From Opitutales bacterium (GTDB lineage Bacteria > Verrucomicrobiota > Verrucomicrobiia > Opitutales > UBA953), in assembly GCA_964202105.1 (NCBI GenBank), contig CAXNHL010000001.1:1-42074 (forward strand): a DNA stretch of 42,074 nucleotides. The letters are read 5' to 3'. The number at the start of each line of letters is the position of its first letter. Within the stretch, counting starts at the first letter, position 1. The notes beneath the pieces are model-generated. The model ran no database searches. It was given only the letters and a program-made list of their open reading frames with translations, and was not told where the DNA came from. A program made the position numbers and the translations under genes. This document shows, one piece after another, positions 8,979-18,471 of the stretch.

Positions 8979-9512
8979 TTACTTCTTGTCCGGAGCGGCG
9001 ACCGGAGCGGGCGCGCTGCCGGTGAGCGGCACGAGCTTGAGCGGGGCGAAGGTCGGGGCGGGCGCCGGCGCGGCCTTCGGAGCGGCGGTCTTAGGCGCGG
9101 CGGACGAAGCGGAAGCCGACGGGATCGTCAGGACCTGGCCGGGCTTGAGCACGGCGTTGAGCGTGAGGCCGTTGGCCTTGACGAGCGCGGTGATGGAGAC
9201 GTTCTCGCTCCGGGCGACGCTGAAGAGCGAGTCGCCCTTGACGACGGTGCGCTTGCCGCCGGGGCCGACCGGACCGTTCGCGGAGAGTTTGGTCGGCGCC
9301 GGGGTCGGCAGACGATCGGAAGGCACGGCGGCCGGAGCTGGCGCGACGGCCGACGGCGCGGACGCGACCGGGCGGGCGCCGCCGGAGAAGGCGGCGGTGT
9401 CGCCGGGCTGCTCGAAGCCGCTGGTGCTGCGGCAGCCGTTGACGCCGACGAGGACGGCGATGACGCAGAGGTGCACGAGCACGACGGCGGTGACGGTGAT
9501 GATGGGACGCAT
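8979..9512 (-). CDS. LysM-domain lipoprotein (inserted between murD and ftsW)
   Basis: Signal peptide with lipobox LVGVNG|C. Pro/Ala-rich linkers. One LysM repeat (TVVKGDSLFSVARSENVSITALVKANGLTLNAVLKPGQVLTIP). Confidence 0.75.
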   Translation of the reverse strand: MRPIITVTAVVLVHLCVIAVLVGVNGCRSTSGFEQPGDTAAFSGGARPVASAPSAVAPAPAAVPSDRLPTPAPTKLSANGPVGPGGKRTVVKGDSLFSVARSENVSITALVKANGLTLNAVLKPGQVLTIPSASASSAAPKTAAPKAAPAPAPTFAPLKLVPLTGSAPAPVAAPDKK

Positions 9513-9554
9513 GGGTGGGGTGGGTGTTGGCTGGGTGGGTTTGGTGTGAGAAAA

Positions 9555-10829
9555 TCAGGAACGCTGGGCGAGGGCCGTGGCCGCGCGTTCGAAGACGAGG
9601 CCGCGCTCCGCGTAGCCGCGGAACTGGTCGAAGCTGGAGAAGCCCGGGCTGAGCAGGATCACGGCGGGGCCGTGCGCGTCCTTGGCGGCGCCGACGACGG
9701 CGTCCTGCAGGGCGGGATAGCAGCGGGCGGACTTGCCGAGCTCGTCGAAGTGGCGCTTGAGCTCCTCGGCGGTCTCGCCGATCAGGTAGGCGGAATCGAT
9801 GAGCGGGGCGATCCGGCGTACGAACCGGCCGAGGTCCCCGCCCTTCCACTTGCCGCCGCCGATCCAACGGACCGGGACGCTGAACTGCGAGAGCGCGGCT
9901 TCGACCGCATGGAAATTGGTGCCCTTGGAGTCGTTCCAGAACTCGACGCCCTTGTTCTCCGCGACCTTGCGGAGGCGGTGCGGCGGGATGCGGAAGAGGC
10001 GGGCCGCTTCCTCGAGCTGGCGGAGCGGCAGGCCGCGGGCCTGCCAATATTTCACGAGCAGGGCCCAGTTCTCGCGCTGCGGCCAGCTGTCGAACACCGA
10101 ACCGGCCGGCACGGTGTCCGTGACTTCGGCGCGGGTGGCCACGAGGGTCTCGGCGGGCAGCTCGATGCCGAAGGCGCGCGCGGCGGCGACGACGGATTCG
10201 CCGACGACGAGGATGCCGCCCGGCATCATGCGCTCGATGAGGCGATACTTCGCCCGGAAATAACTCTCTAGCTCGCCGTGACGGTCGAGGTGGTCCTCGT
10301 CGAAGTTGGTCCACAGCACCGCCTCAGGCGTGAAGTGACGGAGGTCCTCCGCCTGGAAGGAACTGACCTCGACGACCGCGAGGAAGGAACCGTTGGAGAC
10401 GGTGCGATGCAGCGAGGTGAGCGGGAGTCCGACGTTGCCGCAGGCGATGGCGTCGAGGCCGGCGCGCTTGAACGCGAAGGAAAGGAACTCGGTGATGGTC
10501 GTCTTGCCGTTGGTGCCGGTCACGGCCACGGCCGGACCCGTCCAGAGGAGCGCGCCGAAGTCGAGCTCGGTGAGGCAATGCAGGCCCGCGCGGCGGGCGG
10601 CGAGCAGCCACGGGTGCGTCTGCGCGAAGCCGGGGCTGTAGACGAGCAGGTCGTGACGCGCGGCCTCCTCGGGTCCGAACACGCGGTTCTCCCCGCGCTC
10701 GTCGTAGATGACCGAGGCGAAACCGCCCGCGGCGAGCGAGTCGGCGACGGAACGGCCGCTGACGCCTTCGCCGAAGACGGCGGCGGGCCGGGCGAGCCGG
10801 CGGCGGAGGGACTCGGGGAACTCGCTCAT
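9555..10829 (-). CDS. murD: UDP-N-acetylmuramoylalanine--D-glutamate ligase MurD
   Basis: P-loop VTGTNGKTTITEFL and Mur ligase middle and C-terminal domains. Start MSEFPESL at the ATGA overlap with the mraY stop. Confidence 0.9.
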   Translation of the reverse strand: MSEFPESLRRRLARPAAVFGEGVSGRSVADSLAAGGFASVIYDERGENRVFGPEEAARHDLLVYSPGFAQTHPWLLAARRAGLHCLTELDFGALLWTGPAVAVTGTNGKTTITEFLSFAFKRAGLDAIACGNVGLPLTSLHRTVSNGSFLAVVEVSSFQAEDLRHFTPEAVLWTNFDEDHLDRHGELESYFRAKYRLIERMMPGGILVVGESVVAAARAFGIELPAETLVATRAEVTDTVPAGSVFDSWPQRENWALLVKYWQARGLPLRQLEEAARLFRIPPHRLRKVAENKGVEFWNDSKGTNFHAVEAALSQFSVPVRWIGGGKWKGGDLGRFVRRIAPLIDSAYLIGETAEELKRHFDELGKSARCYPALQDAVVGAAKDAHGPAVILLSPGFSSFDQFRGYAERGLVFERAATALAQRS

Positions 10830-11938
10830 CGCAGCTTGAGGGAGAGCAGGCCGAGCAGGCCGCAGAGGAGCGAGAGGATCCAGAAGCGCGCCACGACCTT
10901 CGTGGCGGGCCAGCCCTTTTTCTGGAAGTGGTGATGGATGGGCGTCATCAGGAACAGCCGCTTGCCGCCCGTGCGCTTGAAGTAGGCGACCTGCAGGATG
11001 ACCGAGACGGCTTCGACGACGAACACGCCGCCGACGATGGCGAGCAGGAAGGGCTGACGCATCAGGCACGCGACCGCGCCGAGCGCGCCGCCGAGGCCGA
11101 GCGCGCCGACGTCGCCCATGTAGATCTCCGCCGGCGCCGCGTTGTGCCAGAGGAACACGAGGCTGCCCCCGAAGAGCGCCGCGCAGAAGACCGCGAGCTC
11201 GCCGGCGCCCGTGACGTGGCGGATGCGCAGGTAGGAGGCGAATTCCGCGTGGCCGGCGAGGTAAGCCACCACGCCGAGGATCGCCGTCGTGATGAGCACG
11301 CACCCGATGGCGAGGCCGTCGAGGCCGTCGGTGAGGTTCACGGCGTTCGAGCAGCCGACGCAGACGAGGACGAAGAACGCGCCCGCGACGGTGAGGCAGG
11401 CGGCGAGCGGCCAGCCGAGCGAGCCGGCGGACCACAGCGGCTCCTTCAGGACGGGCAGCCAGACCTCGGCGAGGCCGGTGCGGTAAGACGGGTCGAGCAG
11501 CACGATGCCGAAGGCGGTGAGCGCCACGAAGCCCTGGCCCGCGAGCTTGAAGCGGGCGGAGATGCCGTCGGAGCTGCCGTGACGGACCTTGAGCCAGTCG
11601 TCGTAGAGTCCGACGAGGCCCATGCCGACGAGGCACCAGAGCGAGGCGAAGACGAGGACGCCCGGACGCGCCCACAGGAGCACGGCAGGGATGGTCGCGG
11701 CGGCGATGATCAGCCCGCCCATGGTCGGCACCTTGCCGCCTTCCTTGGCGAGATCACCCATGAGGGCCTTGGAACGTTCGGGCTGACGCAGGCGCGCGAG
11801 CACGCCGATCAGCCGTCCGGAGAAGAGCATGCCCAGCAGCAGGGCCGTGACGCCGGCGAGGATCGCGCGGACGGTGATGTAGTCGAAGAGGCGGAAAGGC
11901 CCCCAGGCGTGGACGAGTTCGCTGAGACGGTAAAGCAT
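10826..11938 (-). CDS. mraY: phospho-N-acetylmuramoyl-pentapeptide transferase MraY
   Basis: 10-TM protein with NAVNLTDGLDGLA and MGDVGALGLGGALG signatures. The start MLYRLSELV lies 1 nt after the murF stop. Confidence 0.92.
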   Translation of the reverse strand: MLYRLSELVHAWGPFRLFDYITVRAILAGVTALLLGMLFSGRLIGVLARLRQPERSKALMGDLAKEGGKVPTMGGLIIAAATIPAVLLWARPGVLVFASLWCLVGMGLVGLYDDWLKVRHGSSDGISARFKLAGQGFVALTAFGIVLLDPSYRTGLAEVWLPVLKEPLWSAGSLGWPLAACLTVAGAFFVLVCVGCSNAVNLTDGLDGLAIGCVLITTAILGVVAYLAGHAEFASYLRIRHVTGAGELAVFCAALFGGSLVFLWHNAAPAEIYMGDVGALGLGGALGAVACLMRQPFLLAIVGGVFVVEAVSVILQVAYFKRTGGKRLFLMTPIHHHFQKKGWPATKVVARFWILSLLCGLLGLLSLKLR

Positions 11939-11939
11939 C

Positions 11940-13313
11940 CTAGTGGAAGGTGAGCGCGGCGCGCAGGTTCGGAGGCAGGCAACGTTCGAGCGCGAACGAG
12001 CGGCTGCCCTTGAGGAAGACATGGCCGCGATGGGCGGCCACGCGGGCGGCGGCCTCCTCGATCGTGGCGGCGACGAAGCCCGCCTCCGGGTGCGCGACTC
12101 CCTGCAGGAACGCCGCCGCATCGCCGCCGAAGACGACCACGCGGTCGTCCGGACGGAGAGGTAGCTGCGCGCCGCAGTCGCGGTGGAGTCGCGCGGAGGT
12201 GGGGCCGAGCTCGGCCATGCCGCCGAGCACGAAAAGACGAGGTTCCGCCGAAGCCCGGCTGCGGCGATCGAAGGCCTGCGCGGCGTCGAGCAGCGAAGCC
12301 GGGCTGGAATTGTAGCAATCGACGGTGAAGGTGCGCGCGCCGTCGACGTGCACGCTGCCGCGACCGGCCGGCGGCGCCCAGGCCGCGAGCGCGGCGGCGA
12401 GTTCGGCGGAGGTGCGGCCGGCGAGCTGCGCGGCGACGACGGCGAGCGCGGCATTGCGCGCGAGGCCGTCGGAGAGCGGGCCGAGCGGGAAGGTCTCGCC
12501 ATCGAGCACGAGCGTGCGTCCGCCGTCGGCGGCGACGCCGAAGGCAGCGCGGACGAGACGCGCGGGCGCGACCGCCGGCAGCGGCTCATCACCGAAGGCC
12601 ACCGCGACCGAGCGGTCCGCGTGGGCGGCGAAATCCGGCCAGGCGAGCAAGGCCGCGGGCAGCACGGCCTGACCGCCGGGAGCGAGGGCGCCGACGAGCG
12701 AAGCCTTCTCGCGGGCGATGCCGGCGAGCGAACCGACGCCTTCAAGGTGGACGGGCGCGACGGCGGTGATGATCGCGATATCGGGGCGGACGACTTCCGC
12801 CGAGACGCCGAGTTCGCCGGGCAGGCTCATGCCCGCCTCGATCACCGCGTAACGGTGGCGGGCCGGGTCGGCGCGTAGCAGCATCAGCGGGACGCCGATG
12901 GTGTTGTTGAGGTTGGCTTCGGTCGCGAAGGCTTCGGCGCCGAGCAACGCGGCGAGGAGCTCCTTGGTCGAGGTCTTGCCGACGCTGCCGGTGATGCCGA
13001 TGACGACGCCGGGGAAAGCCGCGCGGGCGCGGGCCGCGACGCGGCGCAACGCGGCGAGCGGATCGGCGACGACGAGCTGCGGGAGAGGGTCGGCGACGGG
13101 ACGGCCGACCAAGGCGCCGGCGGCGCCCGCGGCGCGGGCGGCGGCGAGGAAATCATGGCCATCGCGACGCTCGGTGCGCACGGCGACGAACATCTCTCCT
13201 GCGCGCAGGGCGCGGGTGTCGATGCCGAAACCGGCGACCGGTCCGGCGGGCGCGGCGGTCCAGCGTCCGTCCGCGCAGGCGGCGAGGTCGGCCGCGGCGT
13301 AAGCGGGGCTCAT
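11940..13313 (-). CDS. murF: UDP-N-acetylmuramoyl-tripeptide--D-alanyl-D-alanine ligase MurF
   Basis: P-loop GITGSVGKTSTKELL and Mur ligase domains. Start MSPAYAAADL at the ATGA overlap with the murE stop. Confidence 0.88.
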   Translation of the reverse strand: MSPAYAAADLAACADGRWTAAPAGPVAGFGIDTRALRAGEMFVAVRTERRDGHDFLAAARAAGAAGALVGRPVADPLPQLVVADPLAALRRVAARARAAFPGVVIGITGSVGKTSTKELLAALLGAEAFATEANLNNTIGVPLMLLRADPARHRYAVIEAGMSLPGELGVSAEVVRPDIAIITAVAPVHLEGVGSLAGIAREKASLVGALAPGGQAVLPAALLAWPDFAAHADRSVAVAFGDEPLPAVAPARLVRAAFGVAADGGRTLVLDGETFPLGPLSDGLARNAALAVVAAQLAGRTSAELAAALAAWAPPAGRGSVHVDGARTFTVDCYNSSPASLLDAAQAFDRRSRASAEPRLFVLGGMAELGPTSARLHRDCGAQLPLRPDDRVVVFGGDAAAFLQGVAHPEAGFVAATIEEAAARVAAHRGHVFLKGSRSFALERCLPPNLRAALTFH

Positions 13314-14830
13314 GCGGAGACGCCCCTCCGGAGCTCGAGGATCTCGCGGACGACCTGACGGTCGTCGAACGGGACCACGGTGTCGGCGAATTCCTGGGTC
13401 GTCTCGTGGCCCTTGCCCGCGATCACGACGCAATCGCCGGCCTTCGCGGCGGCGAGCGCGCGGCCGATGGCGTCGCGGCGGTCGGCGACGAATTCGACGG
13501 TCGGCAGCGGGCCGAGTCCTTCGCGCATATCGGCGAAGATGCGGTCGAGCGGCTCCTTGCGCGGATTATCGGCGGTCGCCCAGGAGAGGTGCGCGAGGTC
13601 GGCGACGGCCTGGGTCATCGCGGGGCGCTTGCCGCGGTCGCGATCGCCGCCGCAACCGAAGACGCAGAGCACGCGGCCGGGCGTGATGTCGCGGAGCATG
13701 CGCAGGGCGTTGCGGAGCGCATCGTCGGTGTGCGCGTAGTCGACGAAGACGGGGAAAGCCTGGCCGGCTTCGACGCGCTCCATGCGGCCGGCGACGCCGG
13801 GGAAGGCGGCCAGCGCCGACGCGAGGGCGAGCGGGTCGCGGCCGAGCGCGGCGGCCATCGCGAGGGCGCAGAGGACGTTGGAGACGTTGTAGTCGCCCGG
13901 GAGGGTCGACTTGAAGACCGCGGCGCGGCCCGCGTGGCGGACGGTGAAGACCGCGCCACCGGTATCGAGGGCGAGGTCCGTCGCGCGGACGTCGGCGTCG
14001 GCCGAGAGACCGAAGGTGAGCACCGCGCCGCGGCGCCGGCAGGCCTCGGCGAGCACGCGGCCGGACGGGTCGTCGACGTTGATCACGCAGACGTCCGGCA
14101 CGGCGCCGTTGCGGCCGTCGAAGAGCATCGTCTTGACGTCGAGGTAGGCGGCGAGGTCGCCGTGGTAGTCGACGTGGTCGCGGGTGAGGTTCGTGAAGGC
14201 CGCGACCTCGAAGCGGAAACCATGGACGCGTTCCTGGTGGAGCGCGTGGGAGCTCACCTCGAGGCAGGCGCCGGCGCAGCCCGCGTCGGCCATCTGGCGG
14301 AAGAAGGCGGCGAGGTCGGCCGAATCGGGCGTCGTCTTATAAGAAGGGATGGTGCGCCGGCCGAGGTGGTAGCGGACCGTGCCGACGAGGCCCCACTGCG
14401 AACCGTCGTCCTGGAGCAGATGGCGCAGCAGCGTCGAGACCGTGGTCTTGCCGTTGGTGCCCGTCACGCCGACGAGGCGCAAGGCCTCCTCAGGACGGCC
14501 GTAGAAACGGCGGGCGATCTCGGCGAGCATCCGGCGCGGGTCGGCGACCTGGGCGGCGGCGACGGCGGGCAGGCCGGCGACCGGCTCACCCGAGATGATC
14601 GCGGCGGCGCCGCGGGCGATCACGTCGTCGAGGAAGGCGTGACCGTTGGAGCGCAGGCCCGGGAGGGCGAAGAAGAGCGCGCCCGGGATCACGCGGCGGC
14701 TGTCCGTCACGATCGTGGTCACGCGCACCGAACCGTCGCCCGTCCGGCCGAGCACGGGCAGCCCTTGGAGCAGCGCGTTGAAGGTCGGACGTTCCATCGA
14801 GGCGGGCATCATCGCGGGCGGAGGCGTCAT
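13310..14830 (-). CDS. murE: UDP-N-acetylmuramoyl-L-alanyl-D-glutamate--2,6-diaminopimelate ligase MurE
   Basis: P-loop GVTGTNGKTTVSTLL, a DNPR motif (ATADNPRKE) and HVDYHG. Start at the ATGA overlap with the ftsI stop. Confidence 0.9.
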   Translation of the reverse strand: MTPPPAMMPASMERPTFNALLQGLPVLGRTGDGSVRVTTIVTDSRRVIPGALFFALPGLRSNGHAFLDDVIARGAAAIISGEPVAGLPAVAAAQVADPRRMLAEIARRFYGRPEEALRLVGVTGTNGKTTVSTLLRHLLQDDGSQWGLVGTVRYHLGRRTIPSYKTTPDSADLAAFFRQMADAGCAGACLEVSSHALHQERVHGFRFEVAAFTNLTRDHVDYHGDLAAYLDVKTMLFDGRNGAVPDVCVINVDDPSGRVLAEACRRRGAVLTFGLSADADVRATDLALDTGGAVFTVRHAGRAAVFKSTLPGDYNVSNVLCALAMAAALGRDPLALASALAAFPGVAGRMERVEAGQAFPVFVDYAHTDDALRNALRMLRDITPGRVLCVFGCGGDRDRGKRPAMTQAVADLAHLSWATADNPRKEPLDRIFADMREGLGPLPTVEFVADRRDAIGRALAAAKAGDCVVIAGKGHETTQEFADTVVPFDDRQVVREILELRRGVSA

Positions 14831-16623
14831 CGGCCGAGGTCGGCCACGGGGCCGCGCGGGAGGGTGGAGACGGGCGGGAGGTCGAGCCAGCGGATGCACT
14901 TCTCGGCGACCTCGCGGAAGATCGGCGCGGAGACCTTGCCGCCGTAGCCGACGCCTTCGCCCTGCGGCTCGTCGATGATCACGGTGATGGCCAGCTTCGG
15001 GTCGCCGACGGGGAAGAAGCCCGCGAACGAGGCGACGTGGTGGGCGGAGGAATAGCGGCCGTTGACGATCTTCTGCGTCGTGCCCGTCTTGCCGGCGACC
15101 TCGTAGCCCGGGATGTCGGCGATCGGGGCGGTGCCGCCCTTGCCGCAGACGGCGCGCAGGAGCGTGGCGAGCTGCGTGGCGGTCGCGGGCGAGACCGCGC
15201 GGCCGCGCGAGCGCGGGGCGTAGTCGAGCACGGTGGCCTTGGTCTTCGGATCCTCGACGCGGAGCACCAGCTGCGGCTGCATCAGCAGGCCGTCGGCGGC
15301 GACGACCGACATCGCCATGTGCATCTGCATCGCGGTGACGCTGACGGAGTGGCCCATCGGGACGCGGGAGATCGTGAGCCCGTCCCAACGCTTGGGCGGG
15401 ATGAGCAGGCCGGGCACCTCGGCGCCGGTGATCAGGCCCGTCGGGGCGCCGAAGCCGAACGACTTGATGAGGCCGAAGAAGCGGTCCTCGCCCAAGCGTT
15501 CGGCGTACTGCATGCCGACCTGGACCGTGCCGCGGTTCGAGGACTCGCGGACGATCTGGCGGATGTCGGCGGAACCGATGGCGTGCGAGTCGGCCGGGAG
15601 CGAGACCATGCGGCCGCGGTAGGGGACGCTCGTCGCGCCGCAGTCGTAGACGGAGTTCGGCGTGATCAGGCGTTCTTCGAGCGCGCCGGCGACGGCGACG
15701 ATCTTGAACACCGAGCCCGGCTCATAGACGTCGGAGACCGCGCGGTTGCGCTGGCTGTCCATCGGCGCGGCCTGCGGGTCGAAGAAACGGTTCAGGTCGA
15801 AGGTCGGCCAGTTCGCGAGGCCGAGGATGCGGCCGGTACGCGGCTCGCTGACGATGATGACCGCGCCTTTGGGATTGTAGCGGGCCGCGGCGGCGGCGAG
15901 CGCCTCCTCGCAGGTCTTCTGGATGAGGCCGTTGATCGTGAGCACGACGGTGCTGCCGTCGACCGGGGAGACCTCGCGCAGGCGGATGCTCGTGAGCTCG
16001 CGGTGGCGGCCGTCGCGTTCGGATTCGATCCAACCCTTCTGGCCTTCGAGGAGCGAGTTCATCACGCTCTCGATGCCGGCGGCGGGGACGCCCTCCTTGT
16101 TGACGTAACCGAGCACGTGCGCGGCGAGCTGGCCCTTGGGGTAGCTGCGGCGGTATTTCAGTTCGGCGCGGAGCGCCTTGATGCCGAGCGCCCTGACGCG
16201 CTTGACCACGTCCTCGCCGGCCTCGCGCGCGAGCACGGTCCAGCGGATGACATGCTCCTCGCCGGCGGAATCGGTGCGGACGGTGGTGTCGAAGGCCTGG
16301 CGGACCTTCAGGGCGGGCAGGCCGAGCGCGACCGCGACCTCGGCCGCGCGTTCGCGGTCGGCCTTGGTGAGCACGTCGGGGTCCACACCGATGTCCCAGA
16401 CGTCCTCGGACAGCGCGAGCAGGTTGTCCTGCGCGTCACGGATGTCACCGCGGCGGCACGGCTTCTCCTGGAGCACGCGACGGGCCTGCAAGGCCTCCGC
16501 GCGCAGACGAGGGGCGTCGACCCAATGCAACCAGACCAGCCGTGTGACCACGGCCAGGAAGCAGAAGGGGACGACCCATGCCAGCAAACGGTAGCGCGTT
16601 CGCCTGGCGTGGGGCAGGCTCAT
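14827..16623 (-). CDS. ftsI: class B penicillin-binding protein / peptidoglycan D,D-transpeptidase FtsI
   Basis: N-terminal TM anchor, SxxK (GSVFKIV) and KTG (GKTGTTQK) motifs, and a PBP dimerisation domain. Position between ftsL and murE. Confidence 0.88.
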   Translation of the reverse strand: MSLPHARRTRYRLLAWVVPFCFLAVVTRLVWLHWVDAPRLRAEALQARRVLQEKPCRRGDIRDAQDNLLALSEDVWDIGVDPDVLTKADRERAAEVAVALGLPALKVRQAFDTTVRTDSAGEEHVIRWTVLAREAGEDVVKRVRALGIKALRAELKYRRSYPKGQLAAHVLGYVNKEGVPAAGIESVMNSLLEGQKGWIESERDGRHRELTSIRLREVSPVDGSTVVLTINGLIQKTCEEALAAAAARYNPKGAVIIVSEPRTGRILGLANWPTFDLNRFFDPQAAPMDSQRNRAVSDVYEPGSVFKIVAVAGALEERLITPNSVYDCGATSVPYRGRMVSLPADSHAIGSADIRQIVRESSNRGTVQVGMQYAERLGEDRFFGLIKSFGFGAPTGLITGAEVPGLLIPPKRWDGLTISRVPMGHSVSVTAMQMHMAMSVVAADGLLMQPQLVLRVEDPKTKATVLDYAPRSRGRAVSPATATQLATLLRAVCGKGGTAPIADIPGYEVAGKTGTTQKIVNGRYSSAHHVASFAGFFPVGDPKLAITVIIDEPQGEGVGYGGKVSAPIFREVAEKCIRWLDLPPVSTLPRGPVADLGR

Positions 16624-17000
16624 CGCGCGCCGGGTCCTCCCTGCCCTCCCGAACCGAGGAAGGCGATTTCGCGGGCCGTCATCCGGGGGCTCGCGGAGAA
16701 AAGGGTGACCGGGGACGCGGCCGAAGGGTTGATACGGATCCAGACGACCTGCTCGGGCACCGGCGGCTTGAGGGCGTCGCCGATGCGCTGCTGCAGGTAG
16801 AGGATGTCGACGGTCTGCTGGGCTTGCCGGCGGGCGCTGTCGTACTCCTTCTTAGATAGGGTGGTGTCGCGTTCGAGGCGCTGGATGCGGCTGCCGATCG
16901 TGTCGGCCTCGACGCGCAGGCGCATGATGTTGATCGTGCCCACGGCGAAGGCCGCCACGGTGGCGAGGAGGCAGGCCCAGGTGAGGAGGCGCGGGCTCAT
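16620..17000 (-). CDS. ftsL: FtsL-like small bitopic cell-division protein
   Basis: 126 aa with one TM helix (LLTWACLLATVAAFAVGTI) followed by a coiled-coil-like segment. Canonical slot between rsmH and ftsI. 4-nt overlaps on both sides. Confidence 0.5.
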   Translation of the reverse strand: MSPRLLTWACLLATVAAFAVGTINIMRLRVEADTIGSRIQRLERDTTLSKKEYDSARRQAQQTVDILYLQQRIGDALKPPVPEQVVWIRINPSAASPVTLFSASPRMTAREIAFLGSGGQGGPGAR

Positions 17001-17914
17001 GCGGCGAGGCGGCGCACGGCGCGGAGGCGCGCCGAGCGGCTGCGGGGGTTGCGGAGCTGTTCGTCCTCGGAAGGCTGGACGGCCTTGCGGGTGAGGAGGT
17101 CGGCCTGCTTGACGCGGTCGTCCTGGTTGCGGGCGTCGTCGCGGTCGACGGGGCGGCCGGCGACCTCGTTCATGTAGCGCTTCACCATCCGGTCCTCGAG
17201 GGAATGGAAGGAGATGACGGCGAGCACGCCGCCGGCGTTGAGCTTGCCGAAGGCGAGCGGGAGGGCGTCGGCCAGGGCACCGAGCTCGTCGTTGACCGCG
17301 ATGCGGACGCCTTGGAAGGTGCGGGTGGCCGGGTGCGGGCCGCGGGGGCCGGGCGCGGGGGGCGCGGCTTCGGCGACGAGTTCGGCGAAGCTGGCGGTGC
17401 GGGCGAGGCGGCCGGTGCCGCGGGCGGCGACGATCGCGTTGACGACGCGGAACCAGCGGGGCTCCTCGCCGTAGTCGCGGACGGCGCGTTCGAGTTCGGC
17501 GCGGTCGCCGCGCTCGAGGAACTCGGCGGCGCTGCGGCCGACGCGCGTGTCCATGCGCATGTCGTTCGGCGCGTCGAAGCGGAAGGAGAAACCGCGTTCC
17601 GGGACATCCAACTGGTACGAGGACACCCCAATGTCCATCAGAACACCGTCGAATCGCCCCGGGACGCGGTCAAGGTGGCGGAAATTTTCGGAATGGAAAC
17701 GCAGGCGGCCGGCATGGGCGGCGAGCAGCGCGGCGGAACGTTCGCCGGCCGCGGGATCGCGGTCCATCGCGTCGACCGAGCAGCCCGGCGCCCGCGCGAG
17801 GATCGCCGCGGTATGGCCGCCGCCGCCGAAGGTGCAGTCCAGGTAGGCGCGCCCGTCCAGCGGAGCGAGGAGCGTCAGGCACTCCTCGAGCAGGACTGGG
17901 ACGTGGCTGGTCAT
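16997..17914 (-). CDS. rsmH: 16S rRNA (cytosine1402-N4)-methyltransferase RsmH (MraW)
   Basis: HVPVLLEE, DCTFGGGGH, DIGVSSYQLD and SFHSLEDR motifs. Confidence 0.92.
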   Translation of the reverse strand: MTSHVPVLLEECLTLLAPLDGRAYLDCTFGGGGHTAAILARAPGCSVDAMDRDPAAGERSAALLAAHAGRLRFHSENFRHLDRVPGRFDGVLMDIGVSSYQLDVPERGFSFRFDAPNDMRMDTRVGRSAAEFLERGDRAELERAVRDYGEEPRWFRVVNAIVAARGTGRLARTASFAELVAEAAPPAPGPRGPHPATRTFQGVRIAVNDELGALADALPLAFGKLNAGGVLAVISFHSLEDRMVKRYMNEVAGRPVDRDDARNQDDRVKQADLLTRKAVQPSEDEQLRNPRSRSARLRAVRRLAA

Positions 17915-17966
17915 GCGGCGGTCTGTGAATAAGGTGTGAGCAGTGTAAGTAACTTCCGGATACGCA

Positions 17967-18419
17967 TCACAGGCCGAGCTCGCGCAGGGCGCGGAGGATC
18001 TCCTTGGCGTACTCGGAATCGCGGTCGGCCTTGGGCGGCGTCGGCGAGACGAGCTGGAACGTGGTGAAGGCGCCGCGGAAGATCACTTCGCGCTCGAGGC
18101 GCGCTTCCTTGACGATGTGGTCGTTGAGCGTGATGCGGCCGGCCTTGTCGCACGTGACCTGGATGCTGTTCGCGCCGAGCAGGCTGAGCGCGTCCATCTT
18201 CACCGGATCGCTGACGGTCACCTGCAGCGCGGCGTCGTGGATGCGCGCGGCCATCGACGGCGGGAACACCACGATCGCGGCGACCGCGGGGTGATACATC
18301 GCGAGGAAGGTGGATTCCGCGTCAAAACGCCAGGCCGCCGGGATGGTGACACGGTTCTTCTCATCCAACTTTCCGTTGTGGATGCCGGTGAAGAGACCGT
18401 TGTTGGCGCCAATAGACAT
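17967..18419 (-). CDS. mraZ: transcriptional regulator MraZ
   Basis: 150 aa with two MraZ/SpoVT-AbrB repeats carrying DxxxR motifs (DEKNRVTIP, DKAGRITLN). First gene of the dcw cluster. Confidence 0.9.
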   Translation of the reverse strand: MSIGANNGLFTGIHNGKLDEKNRVTIPAAWRFDAESTFLAMYHPAVAAIVVFPPSMAARIHDAALQVTVSDPVKMDALSLLGANSIQVTCDKAGRITLNDHIVKEARLEREVIFRGAFTTFQLVSPTPPKADRDSEYAKEILRALRELGL

Positions 18420-18435
18420 TGCGTATGGGGGAGTT

Positions 18436-18471
18436 CCCCCAGTTCACCCACTTTTCCCCACGACTCCCCAC
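18436..18471 (-). promoter_or_regulatory. candidate MraZ operator: four direct (G)TGGG repeats with ~10-bp phasing
   Basis: The minus-strand sense reads cagTGGGGagtcgTGGGGaaaagTGGGTgaacTGGGGG. It lies 17-52 nt upstream of the mraZ ATG. The E. coli MraZ operator is a set of direct TGGGN repeats with 5-nt spacers. Confidence 0.5.
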
